Shown piece after piece: positions 17,694-27,445 of a stretch of DNA of 64,000 nt (the first letter of the stretch is position 1; each line of letters starts with the position of its first letter). The stretch lies in the NCBI GenBank assembly GCA_040878005.1, contig JBBDMW010000023.1:45376-109375 (forward strand), read 5' to 3'. The stretch is from Dehalococcoidia bacterium (lineage in GTDB: Bacteria > Chloroflexota > Dehalococcoidia > Lucifugimonadales > Lucifugimonadaceae). The position numbers and the translations under genes were made by a program. Under the pieces are notes generated by a model that ran no database searches, was not told the origin of the DNA, and saw only the letters and a program-made list of their open reading frames with translations.

Positions 17694-18959
17694 TCAGCCG
17701 GACCCGCGATCCCTGGCCCTGCGGCCTGCCGTCTCCCTGGCGAACAGGATCAGTGCGAACGCTACGACAGCGATTAGAACGGCATTTGCGTTCAGGCCGG
17801 CGGTGAGCGAGAAGTTATCGGCGATGAGGCCCAACAGAGGCGGGCCGATCACGAATCCCACGTCACCAAATGTGCGGTACAGCCCCATGGCCGCGCTGGT
17901 TTTGCCCGCGGGAGCAAGGTCTGCAATGTATGCGGCGGGCGTTGGTCCGGCTATGCCCTGGCCTATACCAAGCACTATGCCGGCCACGAAGATCATAACG
18001 ATGGATGGCGAGTAGGCGAACATCACGAGGGCCACGCCACCCAACAGCAGACCGGGGGCCATGATCGGCTTCCTGCCGAAGCGGTCGGACATCCACCCGG
18101 ATGGCCCAACCAGAAAGAAATTGATGGTTGTGATCATGGCGAACAGCACACCCAGATGTGTGGCTGTCATGCTGAATTCATCAGCGCCGAGCAGCGGAAT
18201 CAGTGTCTGCCGGGAGCCGGTGCGAGTGAAGAATATGACCAGCGTGAACATGCCCACCAGCAGGAACGTGGGATCCCTGAGGAGGCTGGTGACGGAACCG
18301 CCCAGCGTGGGCTTCGTTGTTGTTCCGGATTTGACTTGGGTACTTGCCACCCCGCTGCCTACCCGTTGCGCCGGCCTGTTTGGCAGGCGAAAGGCTGTCC
18401 ACACTGCTGCGCAGGCGCTTAAAGCACCGGCGATGAAGAACGGCCAGCGCAGTCCTGCGAGGTCGCCCACTATGCCGCCCATCACCGGGCCAATGTCCAC
18501 CCCGAATAACAGCGCACCCTGTTGGACACTCATCAGACGGCCGCGATTTTCAGGCGTTGAAATGTCGGCTACATACGCCTGCGCTCCGGTCATGAACATG
18601 GCCGATCCAGCGCCAGCGACGATCCGCCAGGCAATCATGGTCCCGATGGTGGACGAAGCACCTGTCATTGCCATGCCCGCGGCTGTGACCGCCAGGCCGC
18701 TGGACATCAATGCCGTCCGCCCGAATCTTTCGCCGAACAGGCCTGCAGGTATGTTGAGGAACAGGCGGGAAATGCCGAACGCGCCGACCACCATTCCGAT
18801 GGCCGTTGTGCTGGCGTCCATTTCACCGGCGAACAGCGGAAGGATGGGCGCTACGACGCCCTGGCCCATCATGGCTATTGCTGTCGCGACTGCGATTGCG
18901 ACCATCGTCCGGTTATTGCGGACAATGTCCAGCCACCGTGATGGGGCTGAGCGAGCCAT
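17694..18959 (-). CDS. MFS transporter
   Basis: About 12 hydrophobic segments and an MFS motif-A-like 'GLFGERFGRTAL' after TM2. 421 aa. Confidence 0.8.
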   Translation of the reverse strand: MARSAPSRWLDIVRNNRTMVAIAVATAIAMMGQGVVAPILPLFAGEMDASTTAIGMVVGAFGISRLFLNIPAGLFGERFGRTALMSSGLAVTAAGMAMTGASSTIGTMIAWRIVAGAGSAMFMTGAQAYVADISTPENRGRLMSVQQGALLFGVDIGPVMGGIVGDLAGLRWPFFIAGALSACAAVWTAFRLPNRPAQRVGSGVASTQVKSGTTTKPTLGGSVTSLLRDPTFLLVGMFTLVIFFTRTGSRQTLIPLLGADEFSMTATHLGVLFAMITTINFFLVGPSGWMSDRFGRKPIMAPGLLLGGVALVMFAYSPSIVMIFVAGIVLGIGQGIAGPTPAAYIADLAPAGKTSAAMGLYRTFGDVGFVIGPPLLGLIADNFSLTAGLNANAVLIAVVAFALILFARETAGRRARDRGSG

Positions 18960-18979
18960 GCTGCTCTCCGGTTCGGCGC

Positions 18980-20056
18980 TCAGTGTGTGCTTTCCTTGGG
19001 AGCGGTGGTCTCAGGGGTGGCAGAAGCGGCCCTGGCGTTCCCGGACCTGACCTTGACCAGGTTCCACGTGAAAAACAGGATGCCGCCAAATAAGACCACG
19101 CTGAGCCAGCTGATGGTCCTGTCCACCACCGTCAGGCTTAGAGCCGTGGTGTCATCCAATCCAAGCAGAATGAGCAGCCCGGTCAGCCCGCCCTCCACGA
19201 ATCCGAAGCCGCCCGGAGTGGGGATTGTCGTCAACATTGCGTTCGCGAGGGCAGCGAACATCACTACGCCGAAGCTTATTTCGATGCCCAGCCCCTGGGC
19301 CACAAAGTAGAACCTGGCTATCTCCAGCATCCACCCTGTGATTCCCAGACCAAGCTGTACAGGGAGGTCCTCAGCGCGGAAGCTGTACAGGGTGCCCCGC
19401 TGGAACCTCATATAGGCGCGCCGGAACCGTCGGGGCAGACGGCGTACCATCCGCACACCGAAACGCTGCATCACTGCCAAGAAAGCGACCAGGAGCACCA
19501 CGAGGCTGACGGCTGCAATGACCACCGCGCCCGGCACTTCCACGCCGCCGAACGCAGTCACCCACCCGGCAGCGATCAACACCAGCAGAAGCACAGCCAC
19601 CATGTCCTGCACGCGCTCGGCAAGAATGGTGCCGAGGCTGGGAGGGAAGCCCGTGCCTGCTTCCCTGGAGAGGGACCAGCCGCGATACGCATCGCCCAGA
19701 CGGAGGAATGCCACTGAGTTGGCGAACCAGCCCATGAGGATGATGGCGGCCATCTTTGTTGGGCCGGGGATGCGGCTGCCGCCGGTGCGGTCGATCCTGG
19801 CCGTGATGGCTATCAACCGCCAGCGCAGGCCACGGACCCAGAAGCTCGCGTAGTAGAACACCAGGGCGAGCAGATACATAACCGGGTTAATGGACTTTAC
19901 GTTCGTCCACAGCAGTTCCCAGTCGATGTCGAAGACTCTGACCAGGGCCAGTGCCAGCAATGCACCTGCCACGACCACCGCTGCCAGGGTCGGCAGCGAC
20001 AGCACTCGTCGCCGGAGCGTTGAAATGCTTACCGGCGGATTCTCAGTTTGTTTCAT
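18980..20056 (-). CDS. Flippase-like membrane protein (UPF0104 / lysyl-phosphatidylglycerol-synthase TM-domain family)
   Basis: 358-aa polytopic membrane protein. Its size and helix pattern fit that family. Its start overlaps the rsmG stop (ATGA). Confidence 0.55.
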   Translation of the reverse strand: MKQTENPPVSISTLRRRVLSLPTLAAVVVAGALLALALVRVFDIDWELLWTNVKSINPVMYLLALVFYYASFWVRGLRWRLIAITARIDRTGGSRIPGPTKMAAIILMGWFANSVAFLRLGDAYRGWSLSREAGTGFPPSLGTILAERVQDMVAVLLLVLIAAGWVTAFGGVEVPGAVVIAAVSLVVLLVAFLAVMQRFGVRMVRRLPRRFRRAYMRFQRGTLYSFRAEDLPVQLGLGITGWMLEIARFYFVAQGLGIEISFGVVMFAALANAMLTTIPTPGGFGFVEGGLTGLLILLGLDDTTALSLTVVDRTISWLSVVLFGGILFFTWNLVKVRSGNARAASATPETTAPKESTH

Positions 20057-20871
20057 ACGGTAGAAGACCTGTGTTTGCTTCCGCCTGGAAGCAGTGGATT
20101 GCTGTGGGGTATGCCAGCCCTACGCGGGAACCTGTCCGGAGTCGGCTGGACCTTGAACCAGTAGACCAGTGTGTCGGCGGGAGTGGGGCCTGGCTTGGTT
20201 ACTGCCTGAGAAATGGCAGGCAGTGCCCCCAATTGGCTGGCGGCCCACTCAGATTCAGCGATCTCTTCTGATATGTCAGGTCCTTTGGCTGCGATGACGG
20301 TGCCGCCGAGGCTTGCAAAGGGCAGCGTAAGCTCTGCGAGTTCCGGCAACTGAGCCACCGCCCGGGCCAGCACCAACTCATACGCCTCACGGTGTTGCGT
20401 ATCCCTCGCAAGGTCCTCCGCTCGGCCGTGGACTACTTCCACGTCCCGCAGTTCGAGTTCTCCCACCGCCCATTGCAGAAAATCGCATCGCTTCCGTGCG
20501 GCATCTATCAAGGTGAGGCGCATGCCCGGCAAGGCTAATTTGAGCACCAGCCCGGGAATGCCCGCGCCTGTGCCCACGTCAATGACCCGTCGTCCGTCGA
20601 ACCATGCAGCGGTTGACGTGAACCCGCCGGGCGCGGGTGTAAGGACACGCAGTGAGCGTACGAAAAGTTCATCACGAACACGCTCCCATCCATGAGCGCC
20701 TGTGAGATTCGCACGCCCGCCGCCTTCTTCGAGGAGTTCGAAGTACCGCCTGAAAGCCGCTTGTTGCAGGTCATCCAGCGTCACTCCAAGGGTGTCGGCG
20801 GCTTTGACAAGGGATTCCAATAGACGCTCCGTGGTCCTCCGGGAGGCACAGGATCTTCTCTGGCGGCACAC
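20053..20871 (-). CDS. rsmG: 16S rRNA (guanine527-N7)-methyltransferase RsmG
   Basis: 'ANLTGAHGWERVRDELFVRSL' and the SAM motif 'VIDVGTGAGIPGLVLKLALP...LTLIDAARKRCDFL'. The exact start is uncertain. Confidence 0.8.
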   Translation of the reverse strand: MCRQRRSCASRRTTERLLESLVKAADTLGVTLDDLQQAAFRRYFELLEEGGGRANLTGAHGWERVRDELFVRSLRVLTPAPGGFTSTAAWFDGRRVIDVGTGAGIPGLVLKLALPGMRLTLIDAARKRCDFLQWAVGELELRDVEVVHGRAEDLARDTQHREAYELVLARAVAQLPELAELTLPFASLGGTVIAAKGPDISEEIAESEWAASQLGALPAISQAVTKPGPTPADTLVYWFKVQPTPDRFPRRAGIPHSNPLLPGGSKHRSSTV

Positions 20872-21031
20872 TCAGTATTTCAGGGTACTACCGGCCAATA
20901 TGAATCGCTGCACCTTGGCTGGAGAGACTGGCGCATTGGATACCATGCGTGTCCAGGGTGACTTACCGGGTTGATGGTGGCTCCAGGTCAGTTTGTCCCT
21001 TTGTGCGCCTACACGAGAAGGAAGTGCTGAG

Positions 21032-21418
21032 ATGACCGAACGGCTGGAACGGAACAAGCGCAACGTTGTAGCGTTCTACGACCTCATGTTCAACCAGGAC
21101 AGGCCGGAAGACGCAGTAGAGCTATATGTAGGCGATGTGTATATCCAGCACAACCCTCATGTCGCAGACGGCAAGGACGGCTTCATCGACTACTTTCGGC
21201 GCATGGGCCGCGAGTACCCAGGCAAGAAGGTCCACTTTCGTCGTGTAATCGCTGAAGGGGACTTCGTTGTGCTCCACTGTCAGCAGGAGTGGCCTGGAGA
21301 CCGGGATTGGGCCGGCATCGATATCTTTCGCCTGGGTGCCGATGGCAAGGTTGTGGAGCACTGGGATGTGCTCCAGCCAGTACTAGACACGTCAGCCAAC
21401 AGCAACACGATGTTCTGA
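21032..21418 (+). CDS. SnoaL-like / NTF2-family protein
   Basis: '[48 protein letters not shown]...VVEHWDVLQ' is a typical SnoaL-like pattern. A GAAGGAAG RBS lies upstream. Confidence 0.7.
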   Translation: MTERLERNKRNVVAFYDLMFNQDRPEDAVELYVGDVYIQHNPHVADGKDGFIDYFRRMGREYPGKKVHFRRVIAEGDFVVLHCQQEWPGDRDWAGIDIFRLGADGKVVEHWDVLQPVLDTSANSNTMF

Positions 21419-21576
21419 CAAGGGTGCCCGAAGCCCCGACTGGCTCCGATGCCGTGCCGAAAACACCTGTACCCGCAAATTGACTGTCGTGAAAGCCGGT
21501 GATAGGTTGCGGAATTATCAGTTTGATCAAGTGACCGGGCGCTCCCGCGCCCGGTATTCGCGAGAGGGTGTTTCCA

Positions 21577-22377
21577 GTGCGAATCGCAGTCTGTGTCAAG
21601 CAGGTCCCAGACCCTGAGACTCCGCCCTCGCAATTCAAGATCGACGAAGCAGCGTTGGCGGTGGTTTCTCCACCTGGCGTTCCTCCCGTGGTCAACGGGT
21701 TCGACCTGAATGCCGTCGAGGCGGCCCTTCGCGTGAGGGAAACGCTGGCAGGGCAGGAAGTCGAGATCACAGTTCTTTCCGTTGGCACAGGGTTCGTGAT
21801 GGACGTTATGAAGCGTCCACTTTCCATGGGCGCAGACCGGCTGGTACTGGTGGACGACCCGTCGCTGGCTGCGCTGGACGCTGTGGCGACGGTGAAGGTA
21901 CTGGCTGCTGCCATACGGCATACAGGCCCCTTCGACATTGTGATGTGTGGCAGGCAGGCGTCAGACTGGGACCAGGCTACGGTGCCACTCGGCCTTGCTG
22001 AGGCGCTTGATCTCCCGTGCGTGACGCTGGCTCGGTCAGTGCAGGTCCAGGATTCATCCGTCACCGTTGAACGGGTGATTGTTGACGGGCACCAGGTCAT
22101 CGAAGCACAGCTTCCCGCTCTAATCACGTTCAGCAACGAGCTTGGCGAGCCTCGATACCCGAACCTGCGGGGCATCATGGCGGCCAGCCGCAAGACGCCT
22201 GAGACGTTGACCCTGGAAGACCTTGAAATCACCGCCAGCGACCTTGAGCCTGCCCTCAAGCTCACCAGGCTGTTCGTGCCGGAATCCGGCCAGGAATGCG
22301 AGTTCATTGAAGGCGAGGATGACGCCGATGCCGGCCGCAGGCTGGCGGTGCGCCTGCGGGAGGCGAAGCTGATCTAA
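21577..22377 (+). CDS. etfB: Electron transfer flavoprotein, beta subunit
   Basis: 'RIAVCVKQVPDPETPPSQFKIDE' and 'NGFDLNAVEAALRVRE'. The GTG at 21577 has an AGAGGG RBS 8-9 nt upstream; the ORF-track start at 21568 is less likely. Confidence 0.9.
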   Translation: MRIAVCVKQVPDPETPPSQFKIDEAALAVVSPPGVPPVVNGFDLNAVEAALRVRETLAGQEVEITVLSVGTGFVMDVMKRPLSMGADRLVLVDDPSLAALDAVATVKVLAAAIRHTGPFDIVMCGRQASDWDQATVPLGLAEALDLPCVTLARSVQVQDSSVTVERVIVDGHQVIEAQLPALITFSNELGEPRYPNLRGIMAASRKTPETLTLEDLEITASDLEPALKLTRLFVPESGQECEFIEGEDDADAGRRLAVRLREAKLI

Positions 22378-22378
22378 C

Positions 22379-23362
22379 ATGCCTGGCATTCTGATTGTTG
22401 GCGAACTTAACGATGGTGCGCCCTCGCCCGTGACAGGGCAGCTTATCGCGGCTGCCCGAAAGGCGTATCCAGATGTAACCGTTGCGGTCGCCTTCCTTGG
22501 CGATGACCTGTCATTCGGAGATGCGGCACTGGGCGCTCTACCCGTGGATGACGTGTACCTGCTTGAGCACCCGCGCCTGGCTGACGGAGATGCCGGGGTG
22601 TTCGATGCTCCGGTGGCCGCCCTGGCCGCCCTGTGCAGGGAAATCGACCCCGAGACAGTGCTGATCGGACGCACAGACTTCGGCGCTGCGGTTGGCCCGC
22701 GCCTTGCATTCCGGCTGGGCGCTGCCGTGGCACAGGACTGTGTTGACCTGGCTGTGAATCCGGAAACTGGCAGGCTGGCAGTGACTCGGCCGGTTTACGG
22801 CGGCGGTGCAATGGCCGTATTTGAATTTGGCGGCGCATCCACACAGGTGGTCCTGGTGCGGCCCGGGGCATTTGAATCCTCGGTCACGGACGGAGGTTCA
22901 GCGAGGGTTCAGAAATTTGATACCGAAAGCGTCATCAGCGAGCCCAGGGCGCGCCTTGTCGACTCTGTATCAGAGCCTCGGGCGGGTGTACGGTTGGAGG
23001 ACGCCGAAGTTGTGGTGTCCGGAGGCCGTGGCCTGGGTGGCCCGGAGCCGTTCCAACAGCTTGAAGAGCTTGCCAGCCTGCTGTCCGGCGCAGTGGGCGC
23101 GTCCCGCGCCGCGTGCGATGCGGGCTGGATGGACCACAGCTTCCAGGTGGGCCTGACGGGCAAGAGCATAAGCCCGCGGCTCTACATAACGGTTGGGATA
23201 TCCGGAGCGAGCCAGCACATGGCCGGATGTTCCAGCGCCCGGAACATTGTTGCCATCAACAAGGACGGGGAAGCGAATATCTTTAAAGAGGCCCGTTACG
23301 GGGTGGTGGGCGACTGGCAGAAGATATTGCCCGCGTTCATCGCCACGGTCAGGGACCTCTAG
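22379..23362 (+). CDS. etfA: Electron transfer flavoprotein, alpha subunit
   Basis: C-terminal FAD-binding signature 'VVSGGRGLG...AVGASRAACDAGWMDHSFQVGLTGKSISPRLYITVGISGASQHMAG'. Confidence 0.9.
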   Translation: MPGILIVGELNDGAPSPVTGQLIAAARKAYPDVTVAVAFLGDDLSFGDAALGALPVDDVYLLEHPRLADGDAGVFDAPVAALAALCREIDPETVLIGRTDFGAAVGPRLAFRLGAAVAQDCVDLAVNPETGRLAVTRPVYGGGAMAVFEFGGASTQVVLVRPGAFESSVTDGGSARVQKFDTESVISEPRARLVDSVSEPRAGVRLEDAEVVVSGGRGLGGPEPFQQLEELASLLSGAVGASRAACDAGWMDHSFQVGLTGKSISPRLYITVGISGASQHMAGCSSARNIVAINKDGEANIFKEARYGVVGDWQKILPAFIATVRDL

Positions 23363-23435
23363 GGTGGATGTGGCCGTTGAGACAATCCAACGGCGCCGGG
23401 CGGATCGTTACTACATTACTTGGAAGGAGATCACA

Positions 23436-23873
23436 ATGGACGGAAACTTCGGGCTTGACCTGAACGCGGCCTTCCAGCACATCGGGAAGGCACAGACGTT
23501 TTCGATCTTCTTTCCCACGCTGCGGCGGGCGCTGGTGGTGGACATGCGCCATGCTCCCGGCGAAGGGCCGCTGGTGCGCGTAATGCCCATGGCGCGGTCT
23601 GCGTCAGAGCGGCTGCGGACGCTTAAGCGGATGCGGCCCCATCTGCCGCGGGCCTCTGAGATCGTCGCCATACCGTGGCCTGCGTACGTCAATAACCTCG
23701 TTTCTTCAGGCGTGTGGGAAAAGATTCTCGCCCGCATAGACGAGTCAGGCTCAACCGATGCCCGCCATGCCATTGACAACGCCCTGGATGAGTTGAGGCG
23801 CATAGAGCGCCACGAGATAGCGGCGCTGATCAGGGGCGAGCAGTACGAGACGATCTGGGCGAAGCAGGATTAG
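23436..23873 (+). CDS. Hypothetical protein (145 aa), family not recognised
   Basis: A GGAAGGAGA RBS precedes the ATG at 23436. GC3 is high throughout. The longer ORF-track start at 23193 would overlap etfA. Confidence 0.55.
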   Translation: MDGNFGLDLNAAFQHIGKAQTFSIFFPTLRRALVVDMRHAPGEGPLVRVMPMARSASERLRTLKRMRPHLPRASEIVAIPWPAYVNNLVSSGVWEKILARIDESGSTDARHAIDNALDELRRIERHEIAALIRGEQYETIWAKQD

Positions 23874-24034
23874 GGACGACTTCCCAAGGCTTGCAGGACA
23901 TCACTCAGTATCCTCATGTCCGTGCGTGAGTCTCCCGGCCGGGCATGCCCGCTCGCTTCATGGCACACTTTATGCTGCACATCACATTGTCCAAAGTCGT
24001 CCGTATCTCCTGAATCCACGGAGCCGCAATCAAA

Positions 24035-24532
24035 ATGAGCACCCCGCTGGTCGCCGTCATAATGGGCAGCACATCTGACATGGACACCATGGAATATGCC
24101 GTGGAAGTGCTTGAAGACCTGGACATCCCGCACGAAGTACGGATCATCTCGGCTCACCGCACGCCTGACCTCATGTTCCAGTTCGCCGAGTCTGCAAAGA
24201 GCCGCGGCATCGAGGTCATAATCGCCGGGGCCGGCGGCGCTGCCCATCTTCCCGGTATGACCGCCGCCAAGACAGTCCTTCCCGTGATCGGCGTGCCGGT
24301 CGAAACAACTGCCCTGAACGGTCTCGACTCTCTGCTGTCAATCGTTCAGATGCCGCGCGGCGTGCCTGTGGCGACGGTTGCGATAGGCCGAGCCGGCTCG
24401 GTGAATGCCGGCCTGCTCGCAGCCCAGATCGTCGGTCTGAACCGGCCTGAGATCCAGGAACGGCTCCAAGCCAGGCGGGAGGCTGCTGCGCGGGATGTGG
24501 CTGACCAGAGCGAAGTGAAGGTCCAGGACTGA
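24035..24532 (+). CDS. purE: N5-carboxyaminoimidazole ribonucleotide mutase (class I PurE)
   Basis: '[14 protein letters not shown]', 'ISAHRTP' and '[26 protein letters not shown]'. Confidence 0.95.
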   Translation: MSTPLVAVIMGSTSDMDTMEYAVEVLEDLDIPHEVRIISAHRTPDLMFQFAESAKSRGIEVIIAGAGGAAHLPGMTAAKTVLPVIGVPVETTALNGLDSLLSIVQMPRGVPVATVAIGRAGSVNAGLLAAQIVGLNRPEIQERLQARREAAARDVADQSEVKVQD

Positions 24533-25692
24533 TGCCCGGTGGAGTGGAAACCCTGCCGCCCGGCGCCCGTATCGGGATCATAGGCGGTGGCCAGCTTGGC
24601 CGGATGCTTGCGCTGGCGGCCCGCCAGATGGGCTATCGCATCATTGTCCTGGACCCTGACCCTGATAGCCCCGCTGCGCAGGTGGCAGACGACATGATCG
24701 TTGCCAAGTACAGCAGCCGTGACGCCGCCCGGGAACTGGCCCGCAAGTCAGACGTGCTCACGTACGAGTTCGAGAATGTTGATGCTGAAGCTGTGGAAGC
24801 GGCAGCAGAGATCACGCCGCTGCACCCATCCGACGGAGTTCTCCGTAAGGCTCAGCACCGGGTAAGGGAGAAGGAAGCGCTCACGGCAGGCGGATTCCCC
24901 GTGGCAAAATTTTGGCCCGTTGAGACTGAGTCCGAGTTCACCCGGGCCATCAGCGACCTTGGTGTGCCTGTCGTTCTAAAAACGGCCACCATGGGTTATG
25001 ACGGCAAGGGCCAGGCAGTGATCCGCTCTGAAGACGAAGCGGAACAGGCCTTCCAGGCATTGGGAGGCGGGCGCAGCCAACTGGTGCTGGAGCGGTTCGT
25101 GCCGTTCAAGATGGAAGTGTCGGTCATCTGTGCCCGTGATGGGTCGGGTCATGCAGTGACCTTCCCATGTTCGGAGAACGTACACGTAGATGGCATCCTT
25201 GACGTGTCCATTGTCCCGGCACGAGTATCGCCTGGTGTGGCTGAGGCGGCTTCCCGGCTTGCTGCCGGGATAGCGGAGGCGCTCAATGTCGTCGGGCTGA
25301 TCGCTGTGGAAATGTTCGTGACACAGGACGATGCCCTTCTTGTGAATGAGCTTGCGCCGCGGCCGCACAATTCCGGCCACTACACCATGGACGCCTGCCG
25401 CACGTCGCAGTTCGAGCAGCTTGCCCGCATCCTGTGCGGCCTGCCGATGGGCGCCGTGGATATGCCACGGCCTGCAGTTATGGTGAACCTGCTTGGCGAC
25501 GCCTGGGAGGATGCCGGCGGGCAGCCCGACTTTGCGTCAGCACTGGCTGTGCCGGGCGTCAGCCTGCACCTGTACGGCAAGGCTGAAGCGCGCAAGGGCC
25601 GCAAGATGGGCCATATCACCGCGGTGGCTGACGATGTGGAGACCGCCCTCGCGAACGCCACTGCTGCGCGTGACCGTGCTCGCCGCCGGTAG
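24532..25692 (+). CDS. purK: N5-carboxyaminoimidazole ribonucleotide synthase (PurK)
   Basis: ATP-grasp pattern 'IGIIGGGQLGRMLALAA', 'VLKTATMGYDGKGQ' and 'LVNELAPRPHNSGHYT'. Its start overlaps the purE stop by 1 nt (TGATG). Confidence 0.95.
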   Translation: MPGGVETLPPGARIGIIGGGQLGRMLALAARQMGYRIIVLDPDPDSPAAQVADDMIVAKYSSRDAARELARKSDVLTYEFENVDAEAVEAAAEITPLHPSDGVLRKAQHRVREKEALTAGGFPVAKFWPVETESEFTRAISDLGVPVVLKTATMGYDGKGQAVIRSEDEAEQAFQALGGGRSQLVLERFVPFKMEVSVICARDGSGHAVTFPCSENVHVDGILDVSIVPARVSPGVAEAASRLAAGIAEALNVVGLIAVEMFVTQDDALLVNELAPRPHNSGHYTMDACRTSQFEQLARILCGLPMGAVDMPRPAVMVNLLGDAWEDAGGQPDFASALAVPGVSLHLYGKAEARKGRKMGHITAVADDVETALANATAARDRARRR

Positions 25693-25712
25693 AGCGTTGC
25701 CGTGAGTGTGAC

Positions 25713-26069
25713 CTATCCGGATATGTCACGCCGTATGACCAGGTACTCATCCCTGCTGATTTCTCCAGCAGCGTAGCGCCTGTTCACAACGGTGAGTGAA
25801 TCGTCGGTTGAAGGTGCTCCATCCGAAAGCTTGTTGAGGAGCCTGATGACCCGCGTGGCCACCAGAAGGCCGACACCAATGACCGCTCCCCAGAAGCCGT
25901 ATATGACGAGCAGGGTCACCAATTCCCCACCGCTGAAGGCACGGAAATTGATGGTCGAGTTCAGCAAGTTCATCACGAACAGGACAGCCAACAGCATGGC
26001 AATGCCCACGGTGATCAGGCGCCAGTCAAGGGCCTTTCGAAGCTCCATCGTTTCCTTCCTGTTCCTCAA
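25713..26069 (-). CDS. SHOCT-domain membrane protein
   Basis: Two TM segments, then the C-terminal 'VNRRYAAGEISRDEYLVIRRDI', a SHOCT-like motif. Confidence 0.65.
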   Translation of the reverse strand: MRNRKETMELRKALDWRLITVGIAMLLAVLFVMNLLNSTINFRAFSGGELVTLLVIYGFWGAVIGVGLLVATRVIRLLNKLSDGAPSTDDSLTVVNRRYAAGEISRDEYLVIRRDISG

Positions 26070-26362
26070 CTCAAACGTGGTGGCATTTTAATGGGCAGAC
26101 TCACCGCACCCGCTGTCGAATGCTGATCTGGTTGGCTGACCAAAGCCATCTGCTCACAGTGTCACATACCACGTCAAGGTACTTCGGTGGCGCAAAAGTA
26201 TGCGATTTAGGCAGTGGCCAACATGCATGAGCTTTATACCTTAAGCGAGACAGAGGTTAATTTTGCAATCCCATGTTGACCGTTCTGTTATGCGGAAACC
26301 GCTATATGGTCTGAGAGCATCCATGGTGTGGGGGGCGGAAGAAGCGCGAGAGGAGAGTGGTG

Positions 26363-27433
26363 ATGTTCAAGAAGATTGTGGCCACCATGGACGGATCGGC
26401 AGAATCGGAGCGTATCGCCGGGTGGGCCGCGGAGCTTGCCAGGGGGCTTAAGGCGGAACTCACCCTCCTGTCAGTGGTTGACGCTGACCACCTGCCCGAA
26501 ACGGCGCGAGTAGACGAGGGCAGACCTCGCGAGACCTCCGCAGGGGCCGGCCCCACCGATGCGCCGGGCGGGTACTACCGAGACAGGACTATGACCGGTG
26601 GCATGATGGGTGGCGCGTGGATGGTCATTCCACCTCCCGGAGGCGCGGATTACAGGGGAGACAGGGCGCCGGGGGCCAGCCAGGCCGAGCTGGTGGACGA
26701 TGTCATGGCGGAGATCAACACCTACCTCGCTGCGCAGCGCGAAAAACTGGAAGAGTATGGCATCACTGTCTCGCAGGAAGTGACCGTAGGCGAGCCAGCT
26801 GAGGAAATACCGAACGCCGCAGCGCGGCTGGGCGCTGACATGATAGCGATGGTCACCAACCGCTCCTCGAGGCTGTCCAGGGCTGTCCAGGGCAGCGTCA
26901 CTGATGAGGTGGCGCATCGAACGGCCATGCCGGTGCTGATCGTGAATGTTGACGCAGATGATGAGCCGTTCGAGGATAGCGCGGGCCGGCCGGGGCCGAT
27001 TGTGGTCCCTGTGGACATGTCAGACGCCTCAGAAAACGCAATCCCGCAGGCCGCCGCCATAGCAAAGGCCCTGGACGCTCGCCTGCTGCTTGTTCACGTG
27101 GCTGAAGATGCTGGCAACGCGGGCGTCATCATTCGGCCGCGAGAAGGCACAGACATGGCAGGCATTGAGCCTGACGCCCGGGACGCGGTGGAGTACCTGG
27201 AGCGGCAGGTCAATGCCCTTGTAGACCAGGGAGTATCGGCGGAAGGCTATATTGCCTCCGGTGATCCGTCAGACGCGATCATCGAGTTGATGCGTGACAC
27301 GGCAGGGTCCATGGCAGTCATGGCCTCGAGCGGCAAGCGTGGCCTGGAGCGCTGGTTCGCCGGTAGTGTCACTGACGAAGTAGTTCGGAGATCACACCGG
27401 CCTGTGCTGGTGCTGTCCCCCGGCAACCCTTAG
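26363..27433 (+). CDS. Tandem universal stress protein (2 x UspA domains)
   Basis: 'FKKIVATMDGSAESE...LLSVVD' with '...MVTNRSSRLSRAVQGSVTDEVAHRTAMPVLIV', repeated as '...VMASSGKRGLERWFAGSVTDEVVRRSHRPVLVL'. A Gly/Met-rich insertion lies in domain 1. Confidence 0.85.
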   Translation: MFKKIVATMDGSAESERIAGWAAELARGLKAELTLLSVVDADHLPETARVDEGRPRETSAGAGPTDAPGGYYRDRTMTGGMMGGAWMVIPPPGGADYRGDRAPGASQAELVDDVMAEINTYLAAQREKLEEYGITVSQEVTVGEPAEEIPNAAARLGADMIAMVTNRSSRLSRAVQGSVTDEVAHRTAMPVLIVNVDADDEPFEDSAGRPGPIVVPVDMSDASENAIPQAAAIAKALDARLLLVHVAEDAGNAGVIIRPREGTDMAGIEPDARDAVEYLERQVNALVDQGVSAEGYIASGDPSDAIIELMRDTAGSMAVMASSGKRGLERWFAGSVTDEVVRRSHRPVLVLSPGNP

Positions 27434-27445
27434 CAGGTCGGCCCG

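Noticed and set aside
21183-22307. 374-aa ORF antisense to etfB. Similar long antisense or overlapping ORFs occur at 18061-19050, 37984-38940, 15174-15983, 10513-11196, 7326-7973, 44222-44971, 51810-52823, 53468-54736 and 53493-54455.
   Set aside because: Each overlaps, on the opposite strand or in another frame, a gene with strong family motifs. Their translations are Arg/Ser/Pro/Ala-rich low-complexity sequences, typical of shadow frames in GC-rich DNA.
23193-23435. The longer 226-aa version of the hypothetical gene, which overlaps the 3' end of etfA.
   Set aside because: The overlapped part is low-complexity, while a strong RBS and ATG at 23436 give a clean non-overlapping gene.
23874-24034. 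Possible purine or ZTP riboswitch upstream of purE.
   Set aside because: There is no CCGCCUGGG-type ZTP 3' subdomain, and no purine-riboswitch three-way junction could be traced by eye.
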